Shown here: piece by piece, positions 27,174 to 37,116 of the stretch
How the letters are laid out: each line of letters starts with the position of its first letter
How positions within the stretch are numbered: the stretch's first letter is position 1
Assembly (NCBI GenBank): GCA_964610735.1
Contig: CAZSYH010000006.1
Span: 666-64,665, forward strand
Length of the DNA stretch: 64,000 bases
From: an uncultured Syntrophaceae bacterium
GTDB taxonomy: Bacteria > Desulfobacterota > Syntrophia > Syntrophales > UBA2210
Direction: 5' to 3'
Program-made: the position numbers and the translations under genes
Notes under the pieces: model-generated
Seen by the model: only the letters and a program-made list of their open reading frames with translations
The model's database searches: none
What the model was told of the DNA's origin: nothing

Positions 27174-29057
27174 CTAAGATCTTTTTGTCGATTCAGCTTC
27201 TTCCGAAAAGGGGATGGTCAGTTCATACGTTCCCGATCTGAGAACCGCGTGCATGGGGAAGGTCGCCTTCTCAAACACCTTTAGCATGGGTTTGTTCTCG
27301 GTGAGGACATCCGCTGTGAATCCAGCGATGCCGCGTCTCCTTGCTATCTTGATTAACATTTCTAACAGAAAGGATCCGATTCCCAAGTTTTGATACTTTT
27401 CATCGACAACAAACGCCACGTCTCCATATGGACGATCCTTTGAAAGCGCATATCGTCCCTCCGCGATGATGCGTTCGACTCCTGATTCTTCAATGAGACC
27501 TACGATTGACAAGATATGCCTGTAATCGACATTTACATATTCCTGCGTTGTTATGTGCGGCATGGTCTTTATTGGACTGAAGTAACGGTAATAGACTGCC
27601 TGGTTGGAGAAACGGTAGAAGAGTTTTCTCATGTCTTCCTCGTCTGACGGTTTTATCGCGCGAAAATGGACGGAAGTATTCCCCTTGAAGATATGTGCAC
27701 ACGACATGCCCACAGGATAACGGTGGCCGGATTCAGTGAGGTATATCTGGTCTGAATAGAGGATATTCGCCTTTTTTGCCATACGCACCAGTTCCCCGCG
27801 GTCGTCCGGATGCGCTATGTCGATCAGCGCGAGCGCGCGCTCACGCGTGCTTCTACCCCTCATTGAAGCCACGCCGTATTCCGTTATGATGAGATCCAGG
27901 GACTCCCTGTTCGTAAATTGGTCGGGAAAATCTTCCACCGAAAGCAGTATATTGGATTTTCCCTCGAGGTTGCGACTTGGCAGAGCGAAGATACCTCTCC
28001 CACCCTTTGAAAGTGCGGCCCCCGTGAATGCCTCATGTGCCTCGCCTGAACCGGGGCTTACGTTTCCCTTGCCAACATGGAGAGAGATATTGCCGGTCAA
28101 ATCGACCTTTCGCGCCGGGAGGATCGTGATAAACCGGTCGTTCCGGCCCATGCTGCCCGGATCGGTGGCTATTTCTATTCCCTGAAACTCCACGAGAGGA
28201 TTGTGATCAAGCCACTTCATCAGTTCCGGTGTTCCCATGGCGTATGCGGCCACGCTTTTGTGCCTGAACAGGTTTTTGTGTCTGTTTGTGACTGCTCCCG
28301 ATTTTATGAGGTCCATGAGGGCGTCCGTTATCAGAAGAGAGTGGATCCCCAGATTCCGTTTGTGCGCAAGATGTTTGGCAAGCGCCTCAAATAAAGGGCC
28401 TATGAAAAAGGCGATACAACTTCCATCCTCCACTATCGAGGCCACATTTGCCGCGACCTTGTCAAAGACTTGGTCGATGGGCCATCTGGGGAAGTAGATG
28501 GGTGATTCGGTGGAATGGACAAGATAGTTGAAGTCATCTGTATGCACAACGGTGTCTCCATGCGTGCAGGGTATATGCTCATTAATCTCGCCGACAACTA
28601 GGGACGCGTGTTCCATGGCATATCGCGCGACATCCACGGATACACCGAAACTGGAGAAGCCTGCTTCATCAGGAGGAGAAATCTGTACAAAGGCCGCGTC
28701 AACGTCAATAATGCCTGATTTAAACAACCATGGTATTCGGGAAGTGCGGCTTGGAATGAAGTCCACTCTTCCGGCGGTGATTGCCTCACTGGCCACCCAG
28801 CCGGAGAAGAATGTCCTGAGGCGATATTTTCTTGAGTATCGCTCGTCGACGGGAAGGGCATCTCCGAAACTCATAAGCTGGATGAGTTCCAGATCCCGGA
28901 GGTTGTTTTCGCTGGAAGCCATGAGATGTTTAACCAGCGTCCTCGGTTCTGTCACGCCGGTTCCCAGAAAGATGTTCATCCCGGGCTTTATCTCACTCAG
29001 TACCTTCTCAGGCGATACTATTTTGTCCTTCCATTGAGGGAAAATCTTATACGTCAT
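27174..29057 (-). CDS. Acetyl-CoA hydrolase/CoA-transferase-like domain fused to Pat-type GNAT acetyltransferase
   Basis: DAAFVQISPPD, SFGVSVD, VDLTGN and ITEYGVASMRGRSTRERALALIDIAHPDDR; C-terminal GNAT (VAFVVDEKYQNLGIG, ADVLTENKPM). Confidence 0.85.
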   Translation of the reverse strand: MTYKIFPQWKDKIVSPEKVLSEIKPGMNIFLGTGVTEPRTLVKHLMASSENNLRDLELIQLMSFGDALPVDERYSRKYRLRTFFSGWVASEAITAGRVDFIPSRTSRIPWLFKSGIIDVDAAFVQISPPDEAGFSSFGVSVDVARYAMEHASLVVGEINEHIPCTHGDTVVHTDDFNYLVHSTESPIYFPRWPIDQVFDKVAANVASIVEDGSCIAFFIGPLFEALAKHLAHKRNLGIHSLLITDALMDLIKSGAVTNRHKNLFRHKSVAAYAMGTPELMKWLDHNPLVEFQGIEIATDPGSMGRNDRFITILPARKVDLTGNISLHVGKGNVSPGSGEAHEAFTGAALSKGGRGIFALPSRNLEGKSNILLSVEDFPDQFTNRESLDLIITEYGVASMRGRSTRERALALIDIAHPDDRGELVRMAKKANILYSDQIYLTESGHRYPVGMSCAHIFKGNTSVHFRAIKPSDEEDMRKLFYRFSNQAVYYRYFSPIKTMPHITTQEYVNVDYRHILSIVGLIEESGVERIIAEGRYALSKDRPYGDVAFVVDEKYQNLGIGSFLLEMLIKIARRRGIAGFTADVLTENKPMLKVFEKATFPMHAVLRSGTYELTIPFSEEAESTKRS

Positions 29058-29072
29058 TATGATTATTGCTCC

Positions 29073-30239
29073 TTATTCCTTAGGCTTTTTTTTGGAGCCG
29101 CTGTACAGGTCATACCCGAAAAGCCTGCATTCAATATTACTGTTGTAAAAGGGGATTCTTGCCTTCGCCCTCAGCCCCACCTGTTTTGCCAGATCCAGGT
29201 TTCCCGTAAATATGTATCCACGGTATCCGGCACACTTCTGTTTGAAATAGTCTCCTATCCCTTTATATACATCTTCCAGTTCTTTGATTTCTCCCATTCT
29301 TTCTCCATACTCCGGGTTGAGAACTATCACCCCCGTACCTTCAGGAACCGGTGTATCAGAGAAGTCGCAGACTTCGAACTCAATGAGGTGTTTCACGCCA
29401 GCGGCAGCAGCGTTGCTCCTGGCCGCTTCGATTGCCTTTGGATTTATGTCCGTGGCGACTATTCTCCCTGTTGGCACCCTCTGTATGCTTTCAGCGAGCC
29501 CTTTCATTTTCCTCCATTGCGGCTTATTGAATCCGTTTATGTGCATGAATCCATGATTGTTCCGCATGCTCCCCGGCTCTCTTCCCATGGCGATAAGCGC
29601 GGCCTCGATGGCAAGGGTTCCGCTTCCACACATGGGGTTTACAAAATTCTCTTCACTCTTCCATCGGGTCGCGAGGATGACGGCAGCCGCGAGGGTTTCC
29701 TGCATCGGGGCGATAAGGGGGATTTTCCTGTATCCCCGGCGGGAAAGCGATTCGCCGGAGGTGTCTATGTAAATGCTGCACCTGTCATTCTTCCAATAGA
29801 TGAATATAACCGACTGGTCTTTTTTGGGGCCGGAATCGGGTCTGGACGCGAATTTTTCATAAAATCTGTCAACGATGGCATCCTTGCATTTCAGATTAAC
29901 GAAGCGTGTATCCCTTATAGATGGATTATCCACGAAGGAGGTCACACAGATATACCCGTTTTTTAGAAAGTAGTCTTCCCATGGGATTTTTAATGTCTTC
30001 TTGTAAAGCTCTTCGGGATTATTCGCGGTGAAACTTTCGAGCAGGTATAGAACTCTTTGCCCTGTACGTATGGATAGATTCAGCCTTATGCTATCCTCAA
30101 GGGTGCCCTCTGTTTCCACGCCGGCGATGAGTTCCGATCGCACTGGGAACCCCAGAGCTGCAATCTCCTCTTTCAAAAAAGGAGCGATTCCCTTTGCACA
30201 GGTGATCAGGATAGGGCTTTTCTTTGTGAATAGTGACAT
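29073..30239 (-). CDS. THUMP-domain class I SAM-dependent RNA methyltransferase (RlmL-like)
   Basis: DTSGESLSRRGYR, APMQETLAAA, NPMCGSGTLAIEAA and NPEYGER. Confidence 0.88.
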   Translation of the reverse strand: MSLFTKKSPILITCAKGIAPFLKEEIAALGFPVRSELIAGVETEGTLEDSIRLNLSIRTGQRVLYLLESFTANNPEELYKKTLKIPWEDYFLKNGYICVTSFVDNPSIRDTRFVNLKCKDAIVDRFYEKFASRPDSGPKKDQSVIFIYWKNDRCSIYIDTSGESLSRRGYRKIPLIAPMQETLAAAVILATRWKSEENFVNPMCGSGTLAIEAALIAMGREPGSMRNNHGFMHINGFNKPQWRKMKGLAESIQRVPTGRIVATDINPKAIEAARSNAAAAGVKHLIEFEVCDFSDTPVPEGTGVIVLNPEYGERMGEIKELEDVYKGIGDYFKQKCAGYRGYIFTGNLDLAKQVGLRAKARIPFYNSNIECRLFGYDLYSGSKKKPKE

Positions 30240-30290
30240 TTGTTAGTATTATCTGTGGAAATTCTGGAGGAGAGGATCTTCTGAATACGC

Positions 30291-30992
30291 CTATTCAATA
30301 TACGCAAACTTGTATCCGAAACCCCGGACGGTGAGAACATATTGCGGGCGTGCCATATTTTCTTCTATCTTTGCTCTGAGCCGCTTGACGTGGACATCGA
30401 TGGTTCTCGTTTCCACAAATGTTTCATCTCCCCACACGTGGTCCAGCATTTGATCCCTTGTATAAACCCTTCCGGGATTCAGAGCAAGGAATTTCAGGAG
30501 CTTGAACTCGGTGGGACTCAGATCGATCTTTTTATTTTTAACAGTAACTGCATGAGAACGGTAGTCTATATGAAGATCCTTATAGGCAAATATTCCTTTC
30601 TTTTCAATCTCTTTTTGTATGGTCGATCTACGTAATACGGTATGCACGCGGGCCAGGAGTTCTCTTACGCTGAAGGGTTTTGTTATATAGTCGTCGGCCC
30701 CCATCTCAAGACCCAGTACCTTGTCAATTTCCTCACCCCTTGCCGTGAGCATGATGATAGGCAGAGCGGTATGTTCAGTATCATTCCGTATCCGTTTACA
30801 AACCTCCATTCCCTGAATTCCAGGAAGCATGAGATCCAGGATCATCAGATGAGGCTTCCGGGTCCTGACCAGTCTCAGCGCATCTTCTCCATCATAAGCT
30901 TTTAAGACGGTAAACCCGTCTTTCTCAAGGTTATAGGAAATCAAATCCACAAGGTCTTTTTCATCATCTACAACCAGTATGCTATCAGGCAT
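30291..30992 (-). CDS. phoB: Phosphate regulon response regulator (OmpR family)
   Basis: Receiver domain (ILDLMLPG, GADDYITKPF) plus winged helix (RTIDVHVKRLR, TVRGFGY); within the pst/pho cluster. Confidence 0.88.
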   Translation of the reverse strand: MPDSILVVDDEKDLVDLISYNLEKDGFTVLKAYDGEDALRLVRTRKPHLMILDLMLPGIQGMEVCKRIRNDTEHTALPIIMLTARGEEIDKVLGLEMGADDYITKPFSVRELLARVHTVLRRSTIQKEIEKKGIFAYKDLHIDYRSHAVTVKNKKIDLSPTEFKLLKFLALNPGRVYTRDQMLDHVWGDETFVETRTIDVHVKRLRAKIEENMARPQYVLTVRGFGYKFAYIE

Positions 30993-31027
30993 AATCGTAT
31001 GATCTTCCTTGTTTATATCGTGTTTTT

Positions 31028-32794
31028 TCAGGCGGTTAAATCCTCCTGATAGGTTGGAAATATCAGAGAGACGGTGGTTCCCCTCCCCAGTTGACTGTCG
31101 ATTTCTATTCTACCGTTGTGGGCCGTCATCAGGTGCTTTACTATTGACAAGCCCAACCCGGTCCCTCCCAGTTCTCTTGACCGGGTTTTGTCCACCCGGT
31201 AGAAGCGTTCTCCCAACCGGGAAATTTCACCTTTGGGGATACCGATTCCAGTATCACTGGTTTTGATATAGACATTGCCATCTTTTCCGTCAAGGGCCTT
31301 TATTGAAATTTTTCCCTCATCGGGCGTAAATTTTACGGCATTATCAAGAACATTTAACATTATCTGGTGCAACCTGTCTCTATCGCCCCATATTGAAGGA
31401 AGATCATCCGGTATCTCTTTTTCGATGACAAGTCTTTTCTCAGATGCTTTTCTCTCAATAACGGTCAGGGCGTTCTCGATGACGCCATTTAATGAAACAT
31501 CTTCAAAGGAAAATTTCATGTCTCCAAGCTCGGCATCGGAGATTACCCGCAAATCATCTACCAGGCGGTCAAGGCGCTCGGCGTTATCGTGAATGGTGTG
31601 CAGGAATTTTTTCGCTGTATTCCTTTCATCAATAGCCCCCCCTTCCAGAGTCTCAATAAAACCGAGGATGGCAGTCAATGGGGTTTTTATCTCATGGGTC
31701 ACATTTGCCACGAAATCGGCGCGCACCTTCTCCAGTTTTTTGAGGCGGGTTACATCGTGCATTACAATCATCGCTTTTTCTTTACCTTCCGGAAGCCCGT
31801 GAACCGGTGAAATAGTAACATCCAGCTCCGTTTGATCTTCTTCTCCCAGAATGATTTCCCGTGAGACAGGTGTGCCGGTCTCCTTGAAACGGTCAAGGGC
31901 TTTTTGCATGTCGATATTTCTGAATGCCTCAAGGGGTGTCTTACCGACAATATCATGGAACCGGGTCGTGAAAATCTTCTTGGAAGCATCATTGATCGCT
32001 TCTATTTTGTCATCGGTGTCGAGTAAGAGTATGCCGTCTTCCATACTGGCAAGAACCGATTCCAGCTTGCCCTTTTCCTCATTGGCTGACTGGATTTTTT
32101 CCTTCAGTTCCAGCACCATGTAATTGATGTTTCGAGCCAGTCGTCCAGTCTCATCGCTTGAATTGATCATGAGACTTCCCGGATCTTCCCCTTCTCGCAG
32201 CCGTTCGGTGAACTGTTCCATCTCATGGATGGGTGATGTCAATCTGGATGTAAACACAAAGGCGATCAGGAACGACAAAAATCCGACAATAAGAAACGAT
32301 TGCAAGATCAGCAGATTTATCTCCCTTATATAATGCCTGACCTCGGTGAGAGGGCGTGCCAGTCGTATATATCCTCTTATTGCGGGACCCTCTTTAATCG
32401 GTAACGCAACATATAATGTGTTCATTCCAAGGGTTTTGCTGAAACGCATTGACCTGCCTGTATCTTTTACCCGTGCCTCCTCAATCTCCGGCCGGTTCAG
32501 GTGATTATCCATTCCGGAGGCTTGCTCGTCTGAATCCGCAAGGATCACACCGTCCGAATCTACCAGGGTAATACGGGCATTTGATGTCTTTGATAAGCTG
32601 TTAATTTTAGAAATGATCTCTGACTGAGAAGGATTGATGTTTATCATTTGAGCATAGGACATAAGCTCAGTATCTATCCGTTCCATCAGCCTGGATTGAA
32701 TCTGCCTGGTGGCATAGAATCCTACTACCAACATCGCGATCAGTGTGATGACAAGATATGTTCCGAAGACCTTGTAAAATAGACTTTTTTTCAT
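31028..32794 (-). CDS. phoR: Phosphate regulon sensor histidine kinase (HAMP-PAS-HisKA-HATPase)
   Basis: MDNHLNRPEI, DFVANVTHEIKTPLT, NVLDNAVKF and ERFYRVDKTRSRELGGTGLGL. Confidence 0.9.
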   Translation of the reverse strand: MKKSLFYKVFGTYLVITLIAMLVVGFYATRQIQSRLMERIDTELMSYAQMININPSQSEIISKINSLSKTSNARITLVDSDGVILADSDEQASGMDNHLNRPEIEEARVKDTGRSMRFSKTLGMNTLYVALPIKEGPAIRGYIRLARPLTEVRHYIREINLLILQSFLIVGFLSFLIAFVFTSRLTSPIHEMEQFTERLREGEDPGSLMINSSDETGRLARNINYMVLELKEKIQSANEEKGKLESVLASMEDGILLLDTDDKIEAINDASKKIFTTRFHDIVGKTPLEAFRNIDMQKALDRFKETGTPVSREIILGEEDQTELDVTISPVHGLPEGKEKAMIVMHDVTRLKKLEKVRADFVANVTHEIKTPLTAILGFIETLEGGAIDERNTAKKFLHTIHDNAERLDRLVDDLRVISDAELGDMKFSFEDVSLNGVIENALTVIERKASEKRLVIEKEIPDDLPSIWGDRDRLHQIMLNVLDNAVKFTPDEGKISIKALDGKDGNVYIKTSDTGIGIPKGEISRLGERFYRVDKTRSRELGGTGLGLSIVKHLMTAHNGRIEIDSQLGRGTTVSLIFPTYQEDLTA

Positions 32795-32834
32795 ATATTC
32801 ACCGGATAATCCCACCTTGTGTAAACAGGTCCGT

Positions 32835-33527
32835 TTATTTTTCGGAATCCCTGGCAGTACCCTGGTGCCTGACATTCTTTCCAGTAACCATGTAGATCAC
32901 CATTTTCGCGATACTTTCCGCGTGGTCCGAGATTCTTTCCAGGCTTTTTGATATTTGTGTGATCATAAGGGATCTATGAATTGTTTTGGGGTCTTCCAAC
33001 ATGAACGTAAGAAGTTCCCTGAATATCTGTTCATTGAGATTGTCAACTTTCTCGTCTTTCTCTCTCACTGCTTCGGCAAGTTCACAATCCTCCTTGACCA
33101 GAGCGTCAAGGCTTTCCTTGACCATTTCCCGCGTAATATCAGACATCCGTGGGAGGTCGACATACGGTTTCACAGGGGGAACTTCATTCAGATCCAGCGC
33201 TCTCCTGGCAATATTGACTGCCAGGTCTCCTATTCTTTCCAGGTGGCCATTGACCTTGATGGCTGTGGCGATAAATCTGAGGTCTTTCGCGGCGGGCTGC
33301 CGTAATGCCAGAAGACGAATACAATTTTCCTCAATCCTCTTGTCAAGTTCATTGATTCGGTCATCGGCGGCAATAACATTGCGTGCCCGGTCCGAATCTC
33401 TTTCCAGGAGAGATTGCATGGCGTATTGTATCGCCTTTTCAACGAGGGCTCCTTCATAGAGAAGGGTTTCCTTGATATCCTGCAATTCCTTTTCATATTG
33501 GATGCTTGTGTGTGATTTTTCAGCCAT
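32835..33527 (-). CDS. phoU: Phosphate signalling protein PhoU
   Basis: LRQPAAKDLR, LERIGDLAVNIA and LERISDHA. Confidence 0.95.
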   Translation of the reverse strand: MAEKSHTSIQYEKELQDIKETLLYEGALVEKAIQYAMQSLLERDSDRARNVIAADDRINELDKRIEENCIRLLALRQPAAKDLRFIATAIKVNGHLERIGDLAVNIARRALDLNEVPPVKPYVDLPRMSDITREMVKESLDALVKEDCELAEAVREKDEKVDNLNEQIFRELLTFMLEDPKTIHRSLMITQISKSLERISDHAESIAKMVIYMVTGKNVRHQGTARDSEK

Positions 33528-33547
33528 ATATTTTCCCCCGTTGTTTC

Positions 33548-34318
33548 TTAACCGAATCTTCCGGTAATATATTCTTCAGTTTGACGGACCTCCGGATTTG
33601 TAAAGAGCTTTTCTGTAGGATTATACTCTATAAGTTTTCCAATGTAAAAAAAACCTGTGTAATCAGAGATCCGGGCAGCCTGTTGCATGTTATGGGTCAC
33701 GATGATTATGGTATAATTTTCTTTCAGTTCCTCGATTAACTCCTCTATCTTTGCTGTCGAGATCGGGTCCAGGGCCGAGGTCGGTTCATCCATCAAAAGA
33801 ATTTCCGGCTTCATGGCAAGTGCCCGGGCGATGCAGAGCCTCTGCTGCTGACCTCCTGAAAGCATCATTGCTGACTGTCCCAGGATATCTTTTGCCTCAT
33901 TCCACAGAGAGGCCTGTTTCAAACTCTGTTCAACCAGAGCTTCAAGTGCGCCCTTATCCTTTGTGCCCGTGAGCCGTGGTCCGTAGATAATGTTGTTGAA
34001 AATCGATTTCGGGAAGGGATTCGGTTTCTGGAATACCATGCCGATTCTTCTTCGTATATCAACAGGGTCGATACCCGGATCATAAATATTTCTCCCCTCG
34101 AATATAACCGCGCCCTCGACCCGTGTTCCATCAATAAGATCATTCATCCGGTTGAGTAATCTCAGGAGAGTCGATTTGCCGCACCCTGACGGCCCGATGA
34201 GTGCGGTCACCTTGTTGCGCTCAAAATTCATGGTCACATCTTCCAGAGCCTTGAAATCACCGTAATAAAAGTTTATGTTTTTTGTTTCTATGACATTATT
34301 ATTCTGCACTGCTACCAC
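33548..34318 (-). CDS. pstB: Phosphate ABC transporter ATPase
   Basis: [38 protein letters not shown] and YITGRFG. Confidence 0.97.
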   Translation of the reverse strand: MVAVQNNNVIETKNINFYYGDFKALEDVTMNFERNKVTALIGPSGCGKSTLLRLLNRMNDLIDGTRVEGAVIFEGRNIYDPGIDPVDIRRRIGMVFQKPNPFPKSIFNNIIYGPRLTGTKDKGALEALVEQSLKQASLWNEAKDILGQSAMMLSGGQQQRLCIARALAMKPEILLMDEPTSALDPISTAKIEELIEELKENYTIIIVTHNMQQAARISDYTGFFYIGKLIEYNPTEKLFTNPEVRQTEEYITGRFG

Positions 34319-35166
34319 CTTTTTCTTTTCCTGATATAACTTCTTATGACAATTGCAATCAAGTCAATGCTGAGAACGAGCCCCACAAGAACAAGCACGG
34401 TTCCGTACTGTATCTGCCTTGTTTCTTCTATGTGTGTTCCAGCAGTGGCCAGTACGTACACGTGGTACGGGAGAGCCATTACCTCATCGAAGATCGACGT
34501 GGGAAGCTTTGCCGTAAAGAACGCGGCGGCCGTAAACATGATGGGCGCTGTTTCACCAGCGGCCCGGCCAATTCCAAGGATTGATCCGGTAAGAATGCCC
34601 GGCAGTGCGTTGGGTAATACAACATGCAAAATTGTGTGCCATTTCGATACGCCAAGCCCGAGAGACGCCTCTCGAAATGTTTGCGGTACCGCCTTCAGTG
34701 CCTCCTCCGATGCCCCGATAATGGTGGGAAGAATAAGAAATCCGAGAGTCAGCGCACCTGAAAGGATACATGATCCAAAATGCAGAAACACCACGAAAAG
34801 CCCCAGGCCGAACAGGCCGAATACGATGGACGGTACTCCTGCCAGGCAGTTGACACCGATGCGTATTATTCTAATGACCGGTCCCTCTTTTGCATATTCA
34901 CTCAAGTATATGGCCGACGCGATACCGAGGGGCAGCGCGGTGATAAGGGCACCAACCATTAAATAAAAGGTCCCCAGGATCGCCGGCATGATTCCCCCCT
35001 TCGTCATCGAATCCCGAGGGGCTTGTGTCAAGAACTCCCAGTTGATCGCACCAATCCCGTTTACAAATATATAGATCAGAAATCCGCCGATTGTGACCGC
35101 TATAATCAACGCGCTCAATCGTGAAATAAAGAAAAACAGTTGCTGTTTGAAATAACGCCACTTCAT
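34312..35166 (-). CDS. pstA: Phosphate ABC transporter permease
   Basis: [29 protein letters not shown] and RAAGETAP. Confidence 0.95.
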   Translation of the reverse strand: MKWRYFKQQLFFFISRLSALIIAVTIGGFLIYIFVNGIGAINWEFLTQAPRDSMTKGGIMPAILGTFYLMVGALITALPLGIASAIYLSEYAKEGPVIRIIRIGVNCLAGVPSIVFGLFGLGLFVVFLHFGSCILSGALTLGFLILPTIIGASEEALKAVPQTFREASLGLGVSKWHTILHVVLPNALPGILTGSILGIGRAAGETAPIMFTAAAFFTAKLPTSIFDEVMALPYHVYVLATAGTHIEETRQIQYGTVLVLVGLVLSIDLIAIVIRSYIRKRKRW

Positions 35167-36050
35167 AATGTCGCGGACCCGACTTCCTTGAATTTGTGTG
35201 ATACATAATCGGCAATCAGGTTAAATCCCAGGGTGAGGAAGAAAAGCACGATTCCTGTCGCAAACAGGGCGTGATAATGGTCACTCCTGAATGGAGCTTC
35301 TCCCATCTCTGCGGCGATACTTGCCGGCATCGGTCTGACGGAATCAAAAATGCTTTCCGGAATTGCTGCCGCTCCACCGGCAACCATCAATACTACCATG
35401 GTTTCACCGATAGCCCGGGCCATGCCCAGTATGACTGCTGTTGATATGCCTGACAATGCCGCCGGAACTATGACCCTCGTAATTGTTTCGAACCGTGTTG
35501 CTCCAAGCGCGTATGATGCTTCCTTAAATTCCTGTGATACCGAGTAGAGCGCGTCTTCCGAGATGCTTGATATCGTTGGAACTGCCATAAGCGCCAGTAA
35601 GAGGGAAGCATTTACGATATTCAGGCCGGTGGGCAGGTCGAAGGTTTCCTGCATCCATGGAGCCAGTACCGCCATTCCGAAGAAGCCCAGCACGACCGAC
35701 GGTAACCCGGCAAGGAGTTCAACAACCGGTTTAAATATCTCTTTTATCAGGGGAGGGGCGATTTCCGCGATATAGATGGCTGAAAGAACACCCAGTGGAA
35801 CCGCAAGCACCGACGCGAATATCGTCACCACAAAAGAACCGAAAATCAGTGCCCCGATTCCAAACTCCGGGGGGTCATATGTCGGGTACCATTCTGTGCC
35901 GAAGAGAAAATCTTTGACCGATACGACATTAAATATGGGTAATCCTTCTGAAAACAGGAATGCGATAATAAGGGCGAGGATAATGATTGATACGAGCGCG
36001 ACAAGCAAAAAGACATTCTTTATGATAATCTCTTTTAATCTTCTCGACAT
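35163..36050 (-). CDS. pstC: Phosphate ABC transporter permease
   Basis: ELLAGLPSVVLG, EASYALGATRFE and ARAIGETMVVLM. Confidence 0.95.
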   Translation of the reverse strand: MSRRLKEIIIKNVFLLVALVSIIILALIIAFLFSEGLPIFNVVSVKDFLFGTEWYPTYDPPEFGIGALIFGSFVVTIFASVLAVPLGVLSAIYIAEIAPPLIKEIFKPVVELLAGLPSVVLGFFGMAVLAPWMQETFDLPTGLNIVNASLLLALMAVPTISSISEDALYSVSQEFKEASYALGATRFETITRVIVPAALSGISTAVILGMARAIGETMVVLMVAGGAAAIPESIFDSVRPMPASIAAEMGEAPFRSDHYHALFATGIVLFFLTLGFNLIADYVSHKFKEVGSATL

Positions 36051-36145
36051 GTAATATTCCTTGAAAATTATGGCCGAAAAGAGGAGCCGCATATGCTGCT
36101 TTGCTTACTTTCATACGGCTCCTCATTGTATAGGAATGCCCTTGT

Positions 36146-36964
36146 TTAGTAAAGGGGGACAAATCCTTCTTTTTTAACAATGTCCTGCCCGGTCTTACTT
36201 AACACAAAGTTGATATAATCAGATACAATCCCCACCGGCCACCCTTTGGTGAACATGAAGAGGGGTCTTGATACGGGGTATTTCCCGGAGAGGGCGTTTG
36301 CCCTTGTTGCCTCGATTCCGTTTACATCCGTTGCTTTCACACTCTTATTGAGATAACCGAGTCCGATATATCCTATGGCGTATTTGTTTTTCGAAACCGC
36401 CTGGGCAACGGCACCGTTCGACGCCTGAAGCTGTGCCCTCGGAGTTACCTTTGCCTTATGAAGGACTTTTTCCTCCCATACTTCATAGGTGCCAGAACTG
36501 GTGTCTCTGGATACAACTACAATTTGAAGATCGTTTCCGCCGACTTCCTTCCAGTTTTTGATTTTTCCCTGATAGATCAGGCTTAACTGTTCAATGGTCA
36601 GATTGCTCACCGGATTATCCGTATGAACGATCGGGATAATCGCGTCCATGGCGACACGATGAGGTACGGGATACACGCCTTTTTCGTTAGCCAGCGTTAC
36701 TTCCTTGTCTTTGATGAATCGGGACGCGTTGCCGATGTCGGTTGTGCCATCTATCAGTGCCTTGATACCATTACCGGAGCCGCCGCCGGAAATAGAGATA
36801 TTGACATCAGGGTGGGACTTCATATACATTTCGGCGGAAGCTTGGGCTACCGGAAGTACTGTGGTAGAACCCTTCATTACGATGGTATCGGCTGCTAAAA
36901 CGGAACCGGCACACACAAGACTCAAACACAGGCAGAATAAAAGAATTTTCGACATTTTTTTCAT
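36146..36964 (-). CDS. pstS: Phosphate ABC transporter substrate-binding protein
   Basis: Signal peptide, KGSTTVLP, GGGSGNG, SRDTSSGT and YPVSRPLF. Confidence 0.95.
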   Translation of the reverse strand: MKKMSKILLFCLCLSLVCAGSVLAADTIVMKGSTTVLPVAQASAEMYMKSHPDVNISISGGGSGNGIKALIDGTTDIGNASRFIKDKEVTLANEKGVYPVPHRVAMDAIIPIVHTDNPVSNLTIEQLSLIYQGKIKNWKEVGGNDLQIVVVSRDTSSGTYEVWEEKVLHKAKVTPRAQLQASNGAVAQAVSKNKYAIGYIGLGYLNKSVKATDVNGIEATRANALSGKYPVSRPLFMFTKGWPVGIVSDYINFVLSKTGQDIVKKEGFVPLY

Positions 36965-37000
36965 TGTTAAGATTCTCCTTGTTTCTTTATTTTGTAAGCT

Positions 37001-37055
37001 ATACTACATTATATATATTACAGTTGTATTACAGGGCGGTTACGGTTCTATTAAA
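37001..37055 (-). promoter_or_regulatory. Pho box (four 11-bp-periodic half-sites) and putative -10 of pstS
   Basis: On the minus strand, TTTAA / CGTAA / TGTAA / TGTAA at an exact 11-bp period (plus-strand starts 37051, 37040, 37029, 37018), then TAGTAT 11 bp downstream. Confidence 0.75.
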
Positions 37056-37116
37056 TAGCGCAATTCAGAATGGGAATCGAGGAACAATTAAGTGTCCTGC
37101 AAAAGGGAGATGAAAG

